NCBI GenBank assembly: GCA_965215365.1 | Contig: CBDCDS010000001.1 | Coordinates: forward strand, 1-64,000 | Reading direction: 5' to 3' | DNA from: Gammaproteobacteria bacterium | GTDB lineage: Bacteria; Pseudomonadota; Gammaproteobacteria; Eutrophobiales; Eutrophobiaceae | Length of the DNA stretch: 64,000 nt | In this document: piece by piece, positions 21,637 through 32,493 of the stretch | How positions within the stretch are numbered: position 1 is the first letter of the stretch | Layout of the letters: each line of letters begins with the position of its first letter | Notes under the pieces: model-generated | What the model was told of the DNA's origin: nothing | The model's input: the letters and a program-made list of their open reading frames with translations, nothing else | Database searches by the model: none | Made by a program: the position numbers and the translations under genes

Positions 21637-23472
21637 ATGAGTTTTATCGAATCGATCAGAAACATATTAAACCAGGCGGTGGCAGATTGTTTTCCGGGTT
21701 CCGGGGCAGCTTTCGTATGCCAGGTGACGCCGTGCCAGGAGCGGAAATTTGGTGATTACCAGTCCAACCTAGGGTTCCTGCTGGCAAAGCAGGAGGGCGC
21801 CAGTGCGCGCCATATTGCCGAACGCGTGGTCGCTGCGGTGCAGGCGCAACTGGAACAACCCCGGAGTGAGGACGACTCCGGGGCTGGCGTGGCATCGCCT
21901 GATGCCAGGGTGCTGCTGGCGAGCATCGACATTGCCGGGCCTGGCTTTATCAATCTGCGCCTCAAGGATACCGCGCTGCTGGCTGAATTGCAGCGCACTC
22001 TGACGGACTCGCGTTGCGGGGTGGAACCGGTGACCCACCCGCAGCGTATCGTGGTGGACTATTCCAGCCCCAATCTGGCCAAGCAGCTGCATGTGGGCAC
22101 CATGCGCTCGACGGTGATCGGCGACTCCATAGCCAGGGTGCTGGAATTCCTGGGCCATACGGTGTTGCGCCAGAACCATTATGGCGATTGGGGCGCCAAC
22201 TTCGGCGTGCTGGTGGCGATGATCAAGCAGGAATACGGGGCCGACCCGGACCGCCTGAAGGCCGCGCCGCTAGCGGCGGTGGAAGCATTGTATGCGCAGG
22301 GGAGCGCCTTGAAGAAGTCCGATGAGGAATTTGCGGCCCGGGCCGCTGCGGAAGTAGGCCGGTTGCAAGGCGGCGATACCGAGTCCCTGGCAGTCTGGCA
22401 AGCGCTGATGGACAAGACCTTGCGCGCCTGTCACAGCCTGTACCGGGACTTCAATGTGAGTCTGGATGAGACCCACGATTGCCCGGAAAGTTTCTACCGG
22501 GATAAACTGCCCGGCGTGGTTCGCGACCTGTCTGAAAAAAACCTGCTGGTTGAAGACGACAACGCCTTATGCGCCTACCTGGACGGTTTCCACAATGTGG
22601 ACGGCGACCCGTTGCCGGTGATCGTGCAGAAAAGTGATGCCGGGTATAACTATTCGACCACCGATCTGGCCGGGGTCAGGCACCGGGTTGAGCACTTGCA
22701 GGCGCAACAGATCATCATCGTCACCGATCGCGGTCAGGAGTTGCATTTCCGCATGATCCGGGCGCTGGCTGAGAAAGCCGGCTGGCTGCCTGACGGCGTG
22801 CCACTCAGACACCTGGGTTACGGCGTGATATTGCAGGAAATCACAGAAAACGGCCAGACCCGCAAGGTCAGGTTCCGCTCTCGCAGCGGCGGCACGGTGA
22901 AACTCAGCGAGCTGCTGGCGGCAGGCCGCCGCCGCAGTGAGCGGTTGACCCTGGAACGCAACCCGGACCTCAGCGCCGTGGAACTGGATCAAATCGCGAC
23001 CCGACTGACCATCGCCGCACTCAAATACGCAGACCTGAAGCAGCGTCCGGAGTCGGACTACACTTTCAACTGGGACTTGATGCTGGCTAACCAGGGCAAT
23101 ACCGGCATCTACATCCTGTACTGTTACGTGCGCATCGCCAGTTTGCTGCGCAAGGCCGGTATGGATGCGGACCTGCTGGCGCGCGCGCCTGAACCTGTTA
23201 CGCTTGAGCATGAACTGGAACGGGAACTGCTGTTGCAGGTCGTCTCCTTCCCGGAACTGTTTTCCGGCTACGAGCAGGACTTGACGTCGCACACTATCTG
23301 CAGCTACCTGTACGAGCTGGCCGGCTGCTACAGCCGCTTCTGGAAGGACTGTCCGATTCTCACCGCCGAGGCAGAGGTGCGGCGCTCACGGCTGCTGTTA
23401 AGTCTGGCCGTCGCCGCCCGCCTGCAACTGGGTCTGTCGTTGCTGGGCATCGAGGTGGTGGAGAGGATGTGA
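21637..23472 (+). CDS. argS: Arginine--tRNA ligase
   Basis: FGDYQSN, AGPGFIN, VDYSSPNLAKQLHVGTMRS, GNTGIYILYCYVRI, C-terminal LGIEVVERM. Confidence 0.93.
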   Translation: MSFIESIRNILNQAVADCFPGSGAAFVCQVTPCQERKFGDYQSNLGFLLAKQEGASARHIAERVVAAVQAQLEQPRSEDDSGAGVASPDARVLLASIDIAGPGFINLRLKDTALLAELQRTLTDSRCGVEPVTHPQRIVVDYSSPNLAKQLHVGTMRSTVIGDSIARVLEFLGHTVLRQNHYGDWGANFGVLVAMIKQEYGADPDRLKAAPLAAVEALYAQGSALKKSDEEFAARAAAEVGRLQGGDTESLAVWQALMDKTLRACHSLYRDFNVSLDETHDCPESFYRDKLPGVVRDLSEKNLLVEDDNALCAYLDGFHNVDGDPLPVIVQKSDAGYNYSTTDLAGVRHRVEHLQAQQIIIVTDRGQELHFRMIRALAEKAGWLPDGVPLRHLGYGVILQEITENGQTRKVRFRSRSGGTVKLSELLAAGRRRSERLTLERNPDLSAVELDQIATRLTIAALKYADLKQRPESDYTFNWDLMLANQGNTGIYILYCYVRIASLLRKAGMDADLLARAPEPVTLEHELERELLLQVVSFPELFSGYEQDLTSHTICSYLYELAGCYSRFWKDCPILTAEAEVRRSRLLLSLAVAARLQLGLSLLGIEVVERM

Positions 23473-23548
23473 TTGAAAATGGAAGTATATCCCTGTACTG
23501 CACGGACGCCTCTAATTTTTAGAGGCGCCCTACTGACAATTGAACACC

Positions 23549-25738
23549 ATGACGAACGAACGCATCGAAATTCACGGGCTATCCGTGGCAACACAGCTGT
23601 ATGATCTGGTCAATGACGAAATCATGCCGGGCACCGGTGTGGAAGCGGGGCATTTCTGGAGACAGCTGGCTGGCATTGTCGCCGACCTGGGGCCGAACAA
23701 CCGCGCCTTGCTGAACAAGCGCGATGAACTCCAGGATAAAATCGACCGCTGGCACCGCGCCAACCCGAAAATCCATATCGAGGACTACAAGGCTTTCCTG
23801 CAGGAAACCGGCTATATCCAGCCGCAGGGCGAACCTTTCAAGGTCAGCGTCACTAATGCCGATGCCGAGATCACCCGCATCGCCGGGCCGCAACTGGTCG
23901 TGCCCGTGGATAACTCCCGTTACGCACTGAACGCCGCAAACGCCCGCTGGGGCAGCTTGTACGATGCGCTCTACGGCACCGACGTAATTCCCGAAACCGA
24001 GGGCTGCAAACGCACTGGCAGATATAACCCGGTACGTGGTCACAAGGTCACGGAATATGCCCGCCGCTTCCTGGATCGGGCTACCCCCATGGCCGTGGGC
24101 AGCCACGGCTACGTAGTTAAATACAAGGTGGAAGCCGGCCAGTTAGTGGGCCTCATGGGCGACGGCAGCAAGCACGGCCTGGGCAAGCGCGAGCGGTTTG
24201 CCGGCCACACGGGTGACCCGGAACACCCGGACAGCATCCTGTTGCGCCACAACGCCCTGCATATCGAACTCAAGCTGGGCGAAGGTTATTACATCGGTCG
24301 TAACGACCTGGCCGGTATTTATGACATCCGCCTGGAGGCCGCAGTCAGCGTCATTATGGACTGCGAGGATTCAGTCGCGGCAGTGGATGCACAGGACAAG
24401 GTCGCAGTGTATCGTAACTGGCTGGGCCTGATGAAAGGCGACCTGACCCGTAAGGTGCAGAAGGATGACGGCATAATTGAACGCGCCCTGAACGATGACT
24501 GCAGCTACACGGCGCCCAACGGCGAAGCCCTGAGCCTGCCCGGGCGCGCCCTGATGCTGCTGCGCAACGTTGGCCTGCACATGTACACCGATGCCGTGAC
24601 CACGGCCGCCGGTCAGGAAATACCGGAGGGCTTCCTCGATGCCATGGTGACTGCGCTGGCGGCAAAACATGACCTGCTGGGCAACAGCAGGTTCAGGAAC
24701 AGCCGCGCCGGCTCCATCTATATCGTCAAGCCGAAGCTGCATGGGCCGGAAGAGGTGGCCGCCACCGTGCAGCTGTTCGAGCGGGTGGAAACGGCCCTGG
24801 GCCTGGAGCCACTCACGATCAAGATCGGCATCATGGATGAGGAGCGCAGGACCACGCTAAATCTGAAAGAATGTATCCGCGTGGCGGAGAACCGGGTGAT
24901 TTTCATCAATACCGGCTTTCTCGACCGCACCGCCGATGAAATCCATACCAGCATGGAAGCCGGCCCGGTCATGCCCAAAGCCGGCTTGAAGACGGCACCC
25001 TGGTTGCTGGCGTATGAAGACTGGAACGTGGATATCGGCATGGTTACCGGCCTGCCCCGGCATGCGCAGATCGGCAAGGGCATGTGGCCCGAGCCCGACA
25101 ACATGGCGGCGATGATGGACGTTAAGGTAAACCATCCCCGCGCCGGCGCCACCAGCGCCTGGGTGCCTTCACCCACCGCCGCCACGCTGCACGCGATGCA
25201 CTACCACCGCATCAATGTCGGTGCCCGCCAGCGCGAGCTGATCCGGCTGGTGCGGGTCAACCCCGACGACCTGCTGCAAATTCCCCTATTAGAGCGGGAT
25301 ACCCTCAACGACTTCGATATCCGGCGGGAGCTGGAAAACAATGCCCAGGGCATACTGGGCTATGTGGTGCGCTGGATAGAACAGGGCATTGGCTGTTCCA
25401 AGGTACCGGACGTGAATAACGTCAACCTGATGGAAGACCGGGCGACCCTGCGCATTTCCAGCCAGCACCTTGCCAACTGGTTGCATCACGGCCTGGTGAG
25501 CCGGGAGCAGGTCGTAGAAGCGTTCAAAAAGATGGCGCCGCTGGTGGATTACCAGAATGCCGAAGACCCGCGCTATGTGAACATGGCGCCCGACTTCGAC
25601 CAAAGCATCCCCTTTAAGGCCGCGCTGGACTTGGTTTTTTGCGGCCGCGCGGAACCCAACGGTTACACCGAGCGAGTCCTGCATGCCCGCCGCCGGGAGT
25701 ATAAAAGTAAGCAGGAACTGCCGGGTGCCTCGAAATAA
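23549..25738 (+). CDS. glcB: Malate synthase G
   Basis: [60 protein letters not shown]. Confidence 0.96.
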   Translation: MTNERIEIHGLSVATQLYDLVNDEIMPGTGVEAGHFWRQLAGIVADLGPNNRALLNKRDELQDKIDRWHRANPKIHIEDYKAFLQETGYIQPQGEPFKVSVTNADAEITRIAGPQLVVPVDNSRYALNAANARWGSLYDALYGTDVIPETEGCKRTGRYNPVRGHKVTEYARRFLDRATPMAVGSHGYVVKYKVEAGQLVGLMGDGSKHGLGKRERFAGHTGDPEHPDSILLRHNALHIELKLGEGYYIGRNDLAGIYDIRLEAAVSVIMDCEDSVAAVDAQDKVAVYRNWLGLMKGDLTRKVQKDDGIIERALNDDCSYTAPNGEALSLPGRALMLLRNVGLHMYTDAVTTAAGQEIPEGFLDAMVTALAAKHDLLGNSRFRNSRAGSIYIVKPKLHGPEEVAATVQLFERVETALGLEPLTIKIGIMDEERRTTLNLKECIRVAENRVIFINTGFLDRTADEIHTSMEAGPVMPKAGLKTAPWLLAYEDWNVDIGMVTGLPRHAQIGKGMWPEPDNMAAMMDVKVNHPRAGATSAWVPSPTAATLHAMHYHRINVGARQRELIRLVRVNPDDLLQIPLLERDTLNDFDIRRELENNAQGILGYVVRWIEQGIGCSKVPDVNNVNLMEDRATLRISSQHLANWLHHGLVSREQVVEAFKKMAPLVDYQNAEDPRYVNMAPDFDQSIPFKAALDLVFCGRAEPNGYTERVLHARRREYKSKQELPGASK

Positions 25739-25799
25739 ATTTTGCATTGCACAAAAAAATAGTATAATCACCCCATCTGAACCAACCCGGTGGAGTGCG

Positions 25800-26615
25800 A
25801 TGCAAATTCAAGATAAAGTTGCCGTTGTTACCGGTGGTGCCAGTGGTATCGGGCGCGCCGTGTCGTTGGAGCTGGCCCGCAGGGGCATCAAAAAAATTGC
25901 CATGGTGGATCAGTCAGAACAGGCTGAGGTTGCCGTCGCCCAGATCAATAATGAAATCAACCGGGACATCGCGGTTCCCTTTCACGGCGACGTAACCGAC
26001 GATGAATTTCGCCGCCGGGTCTTTGACGAGATGCGCCGGAGCTACGGCACGATCAACATTTGCGTGCCTGCCGCCGGCATCACGTTGGACGCGCTGGCCG
26101 TCAAGATCAACAAGGAAACCGGGAAGGCTGACATCTACCCCCAGGAGAAATTCAGGCGGGTAGTCGATATCAATCTGGTCGCCCCGGTCTATTGGGCTAT
26201 GGAAATGATTGCGCGTATTGCTGAAGACCGCTATTTGCGCGGTCTGAAAAAATGGCGCCCTGAGGAAGACTTGCAGGGCACCGTGGTGTTCATCGGTTCC
26301 GTGTCATCCCAGGGGGTGAAGGGCCAGGTGTCCTATGCGTCCACCAAGGCGGGTCTGGAAGGCGCGGCCGCGACGCTGATGAAAGAAGCGATCTACTACG
26401 GTGTGCGTTGCGGCGTGATCCACCCCGGTTTTACCGATACCCCCATGGTGCGGGCGCTGGGTGATGATTATATCGAGAGTCACATCCTGCCGGATACCCA
26501 GATCAGCCGCTTGATCCGCCCGGACGAAATAGCAGACGCGATCTGCTTCATGATTTCCAACTCCATCGTGTCTGGCGAGTTGTGGGCGGATGCCGGCTGG
26601 CACCCGTCTGCCTGA
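25800..26615 (+). CDS. Short-chain dehydrogenase/reductase (FabG/PhaB-like)
   Basis: TGGASGIG, YASTK, PGFTDTPM; GGAG RBS. Confidence 0.88.
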   Translation: MQIQDKVAVVTGGASGIGRAVSLELARRGIKKIAMVDQSEQAEVAVAQINNEINRDIAVPFHGDVTDDEFRRRVFDEMRRSYGTINICVPAAGITLDALAVKINKETGKADIYPQEKFRRVVDINLVAPVYWAMEMIARIAEDRYLRGLKKWRPEEDLQGTVVFIGSVSSQGVKGQVSYASTKAGLEGAAATLMKEAIYYGVRCGVIHPGFTDTPMVRALGDDYIESHILPDTQISRLIRPDEIADAICFMISNSIVSGELWADAGWHPSA

Positions 26616-26630
26616 TAAGGGGTCGCCTTT

Positions 26631-26780
26631 AGGCCACCTCTAAAAATTAGAGGTGGCCGTGCAGCATAGGGATATGCTGCCATTTTTAAGCACGTCAGTG
26701 CTTGAAAATGAAGGAAATGAAAAATCATACTTTTTCATTTCCGACTCTAAAAATGCCACGGAGGGCATTTTTAGAGGTTC
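26631..26780. repeat. Repeat family C element between convergent genes
   Basis: GGCCACCTCTAAAAATTAGAGGTGGCC palindrome; right part is a reverse-complement match to 58119-58219. Confidence 0.7.
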
Positions 26781-26783
26781 CCT

Positions 26784-27569
26784 TCACTCTATCACCAACT
26801 TAGGCTCGGACTCCTGTTCAAAATCCAGCTCAAATATTTCGTCATACTCAGCGGCGGGTGGGTTGCCGTCATGGATGAGATACTTGCGCTGTTGCAGGTA
26901 TGCCTCCCGGGTAAACGAATAGGGATCGATAGAGGCCTCTTCGACAAATTCCGAGGCTTCCAGCAGATTGGCCCTGGTATTGACCAGATTCAGGAACGTG
27001 ACCGGAAACAGGTAAACCGTTGAAATATAGGTGAGCGGGTTGGCAAAATAGCTGCCCGGCAAGTCTGGCGAGTTACGCGCTGTATAAGGGCCGAGGAACG
27101 GCAGATACAGGTAGGATCCCTGGCCCACTCCCCAGGTCGCCAGAGTCTGGCCGAAGTCTTCGTTATGTTCCTCCAGCCCCATGGGCGTGGCCACATCGAA
27201 TAATCCACCGATGCCGATGGTGGAGTTGACCACAAACCGGGTCACGTCCGAGACGCCTTGGCCGAGCTTCCCTTGCAGGAACGAATGCAGGATGACGTTC
27301 AGGTATTCCAGGTTGTCGAAAAAATTCGTGACGCTGTCGCGCACCGGTTCCGGCGTGGCTTTCACGTAGTTCTTCGCGATAGGCATCATAACATGCCGGT
27401 CCAACGCGTCATTGAATTGGTAGAAGGAGCGGTTGGTCTGCTCATAGGGATCCGGGTTGAGCTCCCCGTCGATGGTTTCGGTGGTGGCGCAGCCTGTGAG
27501 GATCGCTACCGCCAGCAGTAGCGCTGACAAAGAAATCGGATTGTTCTGTTGGTAGCTGTTCTTCATCAC
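26784..27569 (-). CDS. mlaA: VacJ/MlaA-family lipoprotein
   Basis: Lipobox LTGC, DPYEQTNR, RFVVNSTIGIGGLFD, EDFGQTL, DPYSFTREAY. Confidence 0.9.
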   Translation of the reverse strand: MMKNSYQQNNPISLSALLLAVAILTGCATTETIDGELNPDPYEQTNRSFYQFNDALDRHVMMPIAKNYVKATPEPVRDSVTNFFDNLEYLNVILHSFLQGKLGQGVSDVTRFVVNSTIGIGGLFDVATPMGLEEHNEDFGQTLATWGVGQGSYLYLPFLGPYTARNSPDLPGSYFANPLTYISTVYLFPVTFLNLVNTRANLLEASEFVEEASIDPYSFTREAYLQQRKYLIHDGNPPAAEYDEIFELDFEQESEPKLVIE

Positions 27570-27591
27570 AACTGTTCCTCATCGGGTCGTT

Positions 27592-28251
27592 TCATCGCGT
27601 TCCGGACAGGTTATTTTGCTTTCTCCGCCCCCGGAATTCGTTTTTCTCTATTTCTTCAATTTTGGACAATATCTCCGTAACCAGTCCATTGTAGCCTTTT
27701 TCTTTCATCACGGCAGCATATTCGGCTCGTTTCAACGACAGATCGTTCACTCCGTTGGCGCTGACACTGATAATATACCATTTTCCTTTTTTTTCGTGCA
27801 GCAGGTAATCTAGGGAAACCGGCTGGTCATGCGGGCGGCGCAGTTCGGTGCGGACCAGGACTCGTCCTCGTCGTAACGGCTCACGTGACAGTTCCCGGAA
27901 CTCCTCGCCGCCATAGCCATCAAAGCGGGACGCATAAGTGGCCGTGCTGGAACGGCTGAACAAGTCGATGAACTCAGCGCGCTGGGTTTCGCTGAGCTGG
28001 TCCCGATAACGGCCCAGGATCACTCTTGTGATAAACGGGATATCGAAACTGTCGTTGATATACGGTTCCAACTCCCGGTAGCGCCCCTGGTAGCCCAGGT
28101 CTTGTGCCTGTTGCATGACCTGCAACAGTTTGCCGTGAAATCGCGCTATGGCCTGTGCCGGCTCATCCAGCTCTGCCGCCCCGGTGCTGCGCGGCAGTAG
28201 CAGCACAAGCAGGGCGCCAAGCAACAGGTTGCGGCAGTTCCCATGCGTCAT
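27592..28251 (-). CDS. hpnM: HpnM / MlaC (Ttg2D)-family periplasmic lipid-binding protein
   Basis: Signal peptide, YASRFDGYGGE, LDYLL...W.IISVSANGVNDLSLKRAEY. Confidence 0.8.
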   Translation of the reverse strand: MTHGNCRNLLLGALLVLLLPRSTGAAELDEPAQAIARFHGKLLQVMQQAQDLGYQGRYRELEPYINDSFDIPFITRVILGRYRDQLSETQRAEFIDLFSRSSTATYASRFDGYGGEEFRELSREPLRRGRVLVRTELRRPHDQPVSLDYLLHEKKGKWYIISVSANGVNDLSLKRAEYAAVMKEKGYNGLVTEILSKIEEIEKNEFRGRRKQNNLSGTR

Positions 28252-28292
28252 TCGGGCGAAAGCAGGAATTCGGTCGCCAGCAAAACCCATCA

Positions 28293-29498
28293 TTATGCGC
28301 CCCCTGACGACCCGGCATAACTGCGCTGCTTCCAGTGCGCGCCGGCGCCAGTCCAATGTCGTCGGGCGGAATCCCAGGTCATCAGCAGGTACAAGGCCCC
28401 GGCCAACGGAAATGCCACACACCAGGCCGGGTTCATACCGTAGTAGCGCAATGTGGGCAGGTAGCTCAGCGCCATGCAGCCCAGCCCGGCCAATCCCAGC
28501 AGACGGATAACCGGGTCGGCGCCGAACAAAAAACCGGCCACAGGCAACAGGAATGCACTTGCCAGCAACGCCGTGCACAAAGCCAGCAACAGCAGTGAAT
28601 GACGCAGCTGAGTATAGGCAGTGCGGGCGATCATGGCGCGGATATCTGCCAGTCCGTCATAACTGCGCCCGCTGCGTACCGAGTGTGACAAACCCATCCA
28701 AGTGCTCAGCCCGGCGTCCCGGAAACTACGCGCCAGCGCGCAATCATCGATCAACTTACCTTTTATCGCCTCAAAGCCACCGGCACGCGCCAGCGCCGAG
28801 GTGCGCAGCAACACACAACCGCCCGCGGCGGCCGCGACCCACTTCGAGCTGGCGTTGGACAGGTGGAACGGATACAGCAATTTGAAAAAGTAAACAAAGG
28901 CCGGCATCAGCAACTTCTCCCAGAACGACTCCATGCGCAGGGACGCAAGTATTGAGACGAAGTGCCGGTCATGTTCCTGTATTTTCGCCTTGAGCGCATA
29001 CAGAGTTCCCGGTTCTAGGCGAATATCGGCGTCCAGCAACAGCATTAATTCGGTCTTTACAAACGGCAACCCCTGGTGCAATGCCCATAATTTACCACTC
29101 CAACCGGCTGGTAAAGAACGGCCGTTGACGATGATCAGGTGGTCCAGACTCAAGCGCGCGGCCTCGGCCACGGTGGCATCGGTGGAGCGGTCGTTGACCA
29201 GTACGATATTGAGATCTCGACCTGCGCCACTTCCCCGGCTATTTCCCTGGTCATGTCCCATACTATTTCCCTGGCCAATCTCCTGACCATGTCCTTGGGC
29301 GGCCACGGCGCGCAGGGTCTCAGCAATGACGGCGGCTTCGTTGCGCGCCGGAATCAACACCGTGACGTCAGAGAGGTCGGCGTCTCTTGCGGCGCCGGCT
29401 TCCAGCGTTTCCCGGTTGCGCCAGGGTTGCCAAGGGAGCGCAAGGATACCAGCCCAGAGTAAGAATCCCGGTAATACCAGCCACAATGAGTCTGTCAA
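28293..29498 (-). CDS. hpnB: Hopene-associated glycosyltransferase (GT2)
   Basis: IPARNEA, LPAGWSGKLWAL, DADI, LMPAFVYFF, IDDCALA. Confidence 0.85.
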   Translation of the reverse strand: MTDSLWLVLPGFLLWAGILALPWQPWRNRETLEAGAARDADLSDVTVLIPARNEAAVIAETLRAVAAQGHGQEIGQGNSMGHDQGNSRGSGAGRDLNIVLVNDRSTDATVAEAARLSLDHLIIVNGRSLPAGWSGKLWALHQGLPFVKTELMLLLDADIRLEPGTLYALKAKIQEHDRHFVSILASLRMESFWEKLLMPAFVYFFKLLYPFHLSNASSKWVAAAAGGCVLLRTSALARAGGFEAIKGKLIDDCALARSFRDAGLSTWMGLSHSVRSGRSYDGLADIRAMIARTAYTQLRHSLLLLALCTALLASAFLLPVAGFLFGADPVIRLLGLAGLGCMALSYLPTLRYYGMNPAWCVAFPLAGALYLLMTWDSARRHWTGAGAHWKQRSYAGSSGGA

Positions 29499-30640
29499 GC
29501 GACTTGTTGGTCCTGTTTGCTGTTATGGAGGACAACCGGCGCCGGCTTCATTTCAGCCACCAGCCTGGGTTTGGGGAGTGTGGCATGTTCCTCATACAGC
29601 ACCGGCAGTTCTGGAGTCATATCACCACTGGTGCGTGGCCCCAGCAAGGCCGCTTTCAAGGCTTTCCACGGATGTTTGGTCGCATCCTGCACCGCCGATG
29701 CTTCATAACCGCTGTGCACCATGCAGTTGGCGCATTTCGGGTTGATGCCGTTGCCGTATCGATGCCACTCGGTTTCCTCCATCAATTCCTTGAAGGTCGA
29801 GGCATAACCCTCGCCCACCAGCAGGTAACAGGGTTTCTGCCAACCGAACACGTTGCGGGTGGGGTTGCCCCAGGGCGTACACTGGTATTGCTGGTTGCCC
29901 GCCAGGAAATCTAGGTACAAGGACGACTGGTTAAAACGCCACCCTTTCCCGGCCCCCAGTTTGAAGATGTCCCGGAACAACTGTTTGCTTTCCTTGCGCT
30001 TCAGGAACACATCCTGACGCGGCGCCCGTTCATAACTGTAGCCGGGGGAAATGGTGACACCCTCAACGCCCAGGGCCGTGGCCATATCCATGAATTCCCC
30101 CACCTCATCGGCGGTTTCACCCTGGAACAGAGTGCAGTTGATAGTCACCCGGAAGCCCTTGCCGCGCGCCTTTTTTATCACCGCAATACACTTGTCAAAC
30201 ACCCCGGCGCGGCAGACGGAAGCATCGTGTCGGTCGCGATTGCCGTCCAGATGGATGGAAAAGGTCAGGTAGGGAGAGGGCGAGTAGTCTGCCATGCGCC
30301 GCTCCAGCAACAACGCGTTGGTGCACAGGTAAACGTATTTCTTCCTGGCAATGTAGCCGCGCACTATCTCCGGCATATCCTGGTGGATTAGCGGCTCGCC
30401 ACCGGCGATGGAAACCACCGGCGCGCCGCATTCATCGACCGCCTGCATACATTCCTCGACACTGAGGCGCTGGTCCAGTATCTCCTCCGGATAGTCGATC
30501 TTGCCGCAACCGGAACAGGCCAGATTACAGCGAAACAGCGGTTCCAGCATCAGCACCAAGGGGAAACGCTGCTCCCCGCGCAGCATTTTCCCGGCGATAT
30601 ACTTTGAAATACGCAGTTGTTGAGTTAACGGTACGGCCAT
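29495..30640 (-). CDS. hpnH: Adenosyl-hopene transferase, radical SAM
   Basis: PLVLMLEPLFRCNLACSGCGKI, CTPWGNP, PCYL, CANCMVHSGYE. Confidence 0.95.
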   Translation of the reverse strand: MAVPLTQQLRISKYIAGKMLRGEQRFPLVLMLEPLFRCNLACSGCGKIDYPEEILDQRLSVEECMQAVDECGAPVVSIAGGEPLIHQDMPEIVRGYIARKKYVYLCTNALLLERRMADYSPSPYLTFSIHLDGNRDRHDASVCRAGVFDKCIAVIKKARGKGFRVTINCTLFQGETADEVGEFMDMATALGVEGVTISPGYSYERAPRQDVFLKRKESKQLFRDIFKLGAGKGWRFNQSSLYLDFLAGNQQYQCTPWGNPTRNVFGWQKPCYLLVGEGYASTFKELMEETEWHRYGNGINPKCANCMVHSGYEASAVQDATKHPWKALKAALLGPRTSGDMTPELPVLYEEHATLPKPRLVAEMKPAPVVLHNSKQDQQVA

Positions 30641-30712
30641 TGACAGCCTTCAAATATCTAGTCAGTTACTATAAGCAATCCGCCCGGTACGGGAACCTGA
30701 TGCTCGCGACGG

Positions 30713-30949
30713 CTAGTCAACGGGCAGGGTGGCGGCAGCTACCGAAGTGTCATTGGCGCCCGGAATGGCAAGGCGGGTCTCCACGCGAGCCAGCCGTTCG
30801 CTCACGGCGGCGATCTTGGCCCGAACATCCACAAGCTCAGCTCGAACATCCGCCAAGCCCCGCGCATTGTGGTGCCCCTGCACCAGGATCAGCCCGGCTA
30901 GAGCGACCCCGACACCCAGGACAGTGATTGATTCTCGTGACATAGCCAT
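30713..30949 (-). CDS. Small membrane-anchored coiled-coil protein
   Basis: MSRESITVLGVGVALAGLIL then heptads ending ERLARVE; same architecture as 33454-33837. Confidence 0.65.
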   Translation of the reverse strand: MAMSRESITVLGVGVALAGLILVQGHHNARGLADVRAELVDVRAKIAAVSERLARVETRLAIPGANDTSVAAATLPVD

Positions 30950-30989
30950 GCGCGCAGTATAACACAAATTTCGTTGGTCATAGCTCGGC

Positions 30990-31265
30990 TCAGTCAGTGC
31001 CGTATTTTGCCGGCTCCTCGGCCACGCAGCGGGCGAGGAGGGCGTCACTCAAGCCCGCTACCAGGCCTTCTAGGTGCGCCATGCGCTCCCGTAATTCGCC
31101 TATCGCTGCTCGCGTGGTTTTGAATTCTTCTTGCACGGTCTTGAATTGTGCCTGCACAGCCTAGAATTGGGCTTGTGTCTCTGCGCGCTGGGCACGTTGA
31201 CTGTTCAGAATAAGGCCAGCAAGGGCGATGCCAATGCTTATGATGGCGATGAGTTCCATAGACAT
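30990..31265 (-). pseudogene. Coiled-coil gene X copy with in-frame TAG at codon 35
   Basis: MSMELIAIISIGIALAGLILNSQRAQRAETQAQF*AVQ...VAEEPAKYGTD; stop at 31161-31163 where the intact copy has Lys; leader matches 33838-33870. Confidence 0.85.
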
Positions 31266-31403
31266 GTTCTGTCTCCTTCGTATCCGGTTTGGTACAACAG
31301 GTTAGGGTGGCAGCAAGGGCCAATACGAGTAGTAATTTGTGCATGGGTTTATTCTACTTCAGGTGTTGAACAAGCTGAAAGTAGCGATGGCCGGATAAGC
31401 CGG

Positions 31404-31811
31404 TCAGTCCACCCAATCTTCGAGCGATAGACCCCTTATCCGCCTGAATTCCTTCGTGTTATGGGTGACGAGTATCGCATTTTCCGCAAGGGCATGGCAG
31501 GCAATCCACAAATCATTCGCACCAATAGGCATGCCGGTTTCTTTCAAGTGAGTAAAATGAGCGGCGTATTGTTCACATAGAACATGATCAACGTGGTAAA
31601 TCACAGGAACCTGCCTGACTAACTGAGTCAGTTGGCGTAATACCTTATCCTTGTGTGCACTACGCTCTGCGCCTTTCAGCATCTCTGCGTAGGTAAAAAA
31701 AGACATACATAGCTCAGCATCCTCTTCCAGCTCATTGATGCGTTGCGCTACCGATTCGGGTCTGTTCTTGAGCAGGTAAATCAGGATATTCGTATCCAGC
31801 ATGTACCTCAT
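31404..31811 (-). CDS. vapC: VapC-family PIN-domain toxin
   Basis: MLDTNILI, IGANDLWIACHA, LVTHNTKEF. Confidence 0.93.
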   Translation of the reverse strand: MRYMLDTNILIYLLKNRPESVAQRINELEEDAELCMSFFTYAEMLKGAERSAHKDKVLRQLTQLVRQVPVIYHVDHVLCEQYAAHFTHLKETGMPIGANDLWIACHALAENAILVTHNTKEFRRIRGLSLEDWVD

Positions 31812-32062
31812 AAGTCTTCCCTTTCCTGCATGGCAGGCTGAGTCCGGTAATTTTCTTCGAGAATGGCAATAAAATCGTCATCGAAGGCTGACAACGCGCG
31901 CAACAGCGCGGCTCCGCGATTTTCAGGTAGTGCATGAACCACCAGATCACCGTCTTTATTCCGGGTAATTGCCACTTGTGAAGTATGCAATCTGAATTCC
32001 TGCGGAATGCGCACCGCCTGACTGTTGCCATTCATGAATACCCGGCTGGTTAATGTTGTCAT
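31808..32062 (-). CDS. vapB: VapB-family antitoxin (AbrB/SpoVT)
   Basis: VFMNGNSQAVRIPQEFR, QERE C-terminus, ATGA overlap with vapC. Confidence 0.92.
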   Translation of the reverse strand: MTTLTSRVFMNGNSQAVRIPQEFRLHTSQVAITRNKDGDLVVHALPENRGAALLRALSAFDDDFIAILEENYRTQPAMQEREDL

Positions 32063-32225
32063 CAGATGCTCCTGTGTGTACGCCCTTGTATGTATTTTAG
32101 GCCAGCAACGCGCAGGGCGCAAGTGTCTTGTCACCCCGATTTCATTTTGACGCATTCAACATGGATGCACAGGATGGACGGGATTTATGCGCAGATAACG
32201 CGGATGACTGCGCCCCGTCGCGGCG

Positions 32226-32493
32226 CCATAACAAAACAGGGGCTACGTCAGCAGCGGGCGCTGCCGGGTAGCCCCTGGGTTCGTTGACTTCCGTGAACGG
32301 GAAGTTGGGGTTGCTGCCTGGGATTCAGGCTGTAACCGTTGGTTGTGGCTTGGCTCAGTCGGTGCCGTACTTTGCCGGTTCTTCCGCCACGCGGCGGCTG
32401 AGCAGCGCATCGCTCAGTCCCCCCACCAGGCCTTCTAAGTGCGCCATGCGTTCGCGTAACTCACCTATCGCTATTCGCGTGGTTTTGAATTCT
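32226..32493. repeat. 268-bp direct repeat copy (terminator hairpin + 3' fragment of gene X)
   Basis: Aligns end to end with 33325-33592. Confidence 0.9.

Noticed and set aside
31161-31163. Stop-codon readthrough or recoding of the TAG in gene X copy
   Set aside because: A single-base change from a Lys codon in a redundant copy; TAG is used as a normal stop elsewhere in the window.
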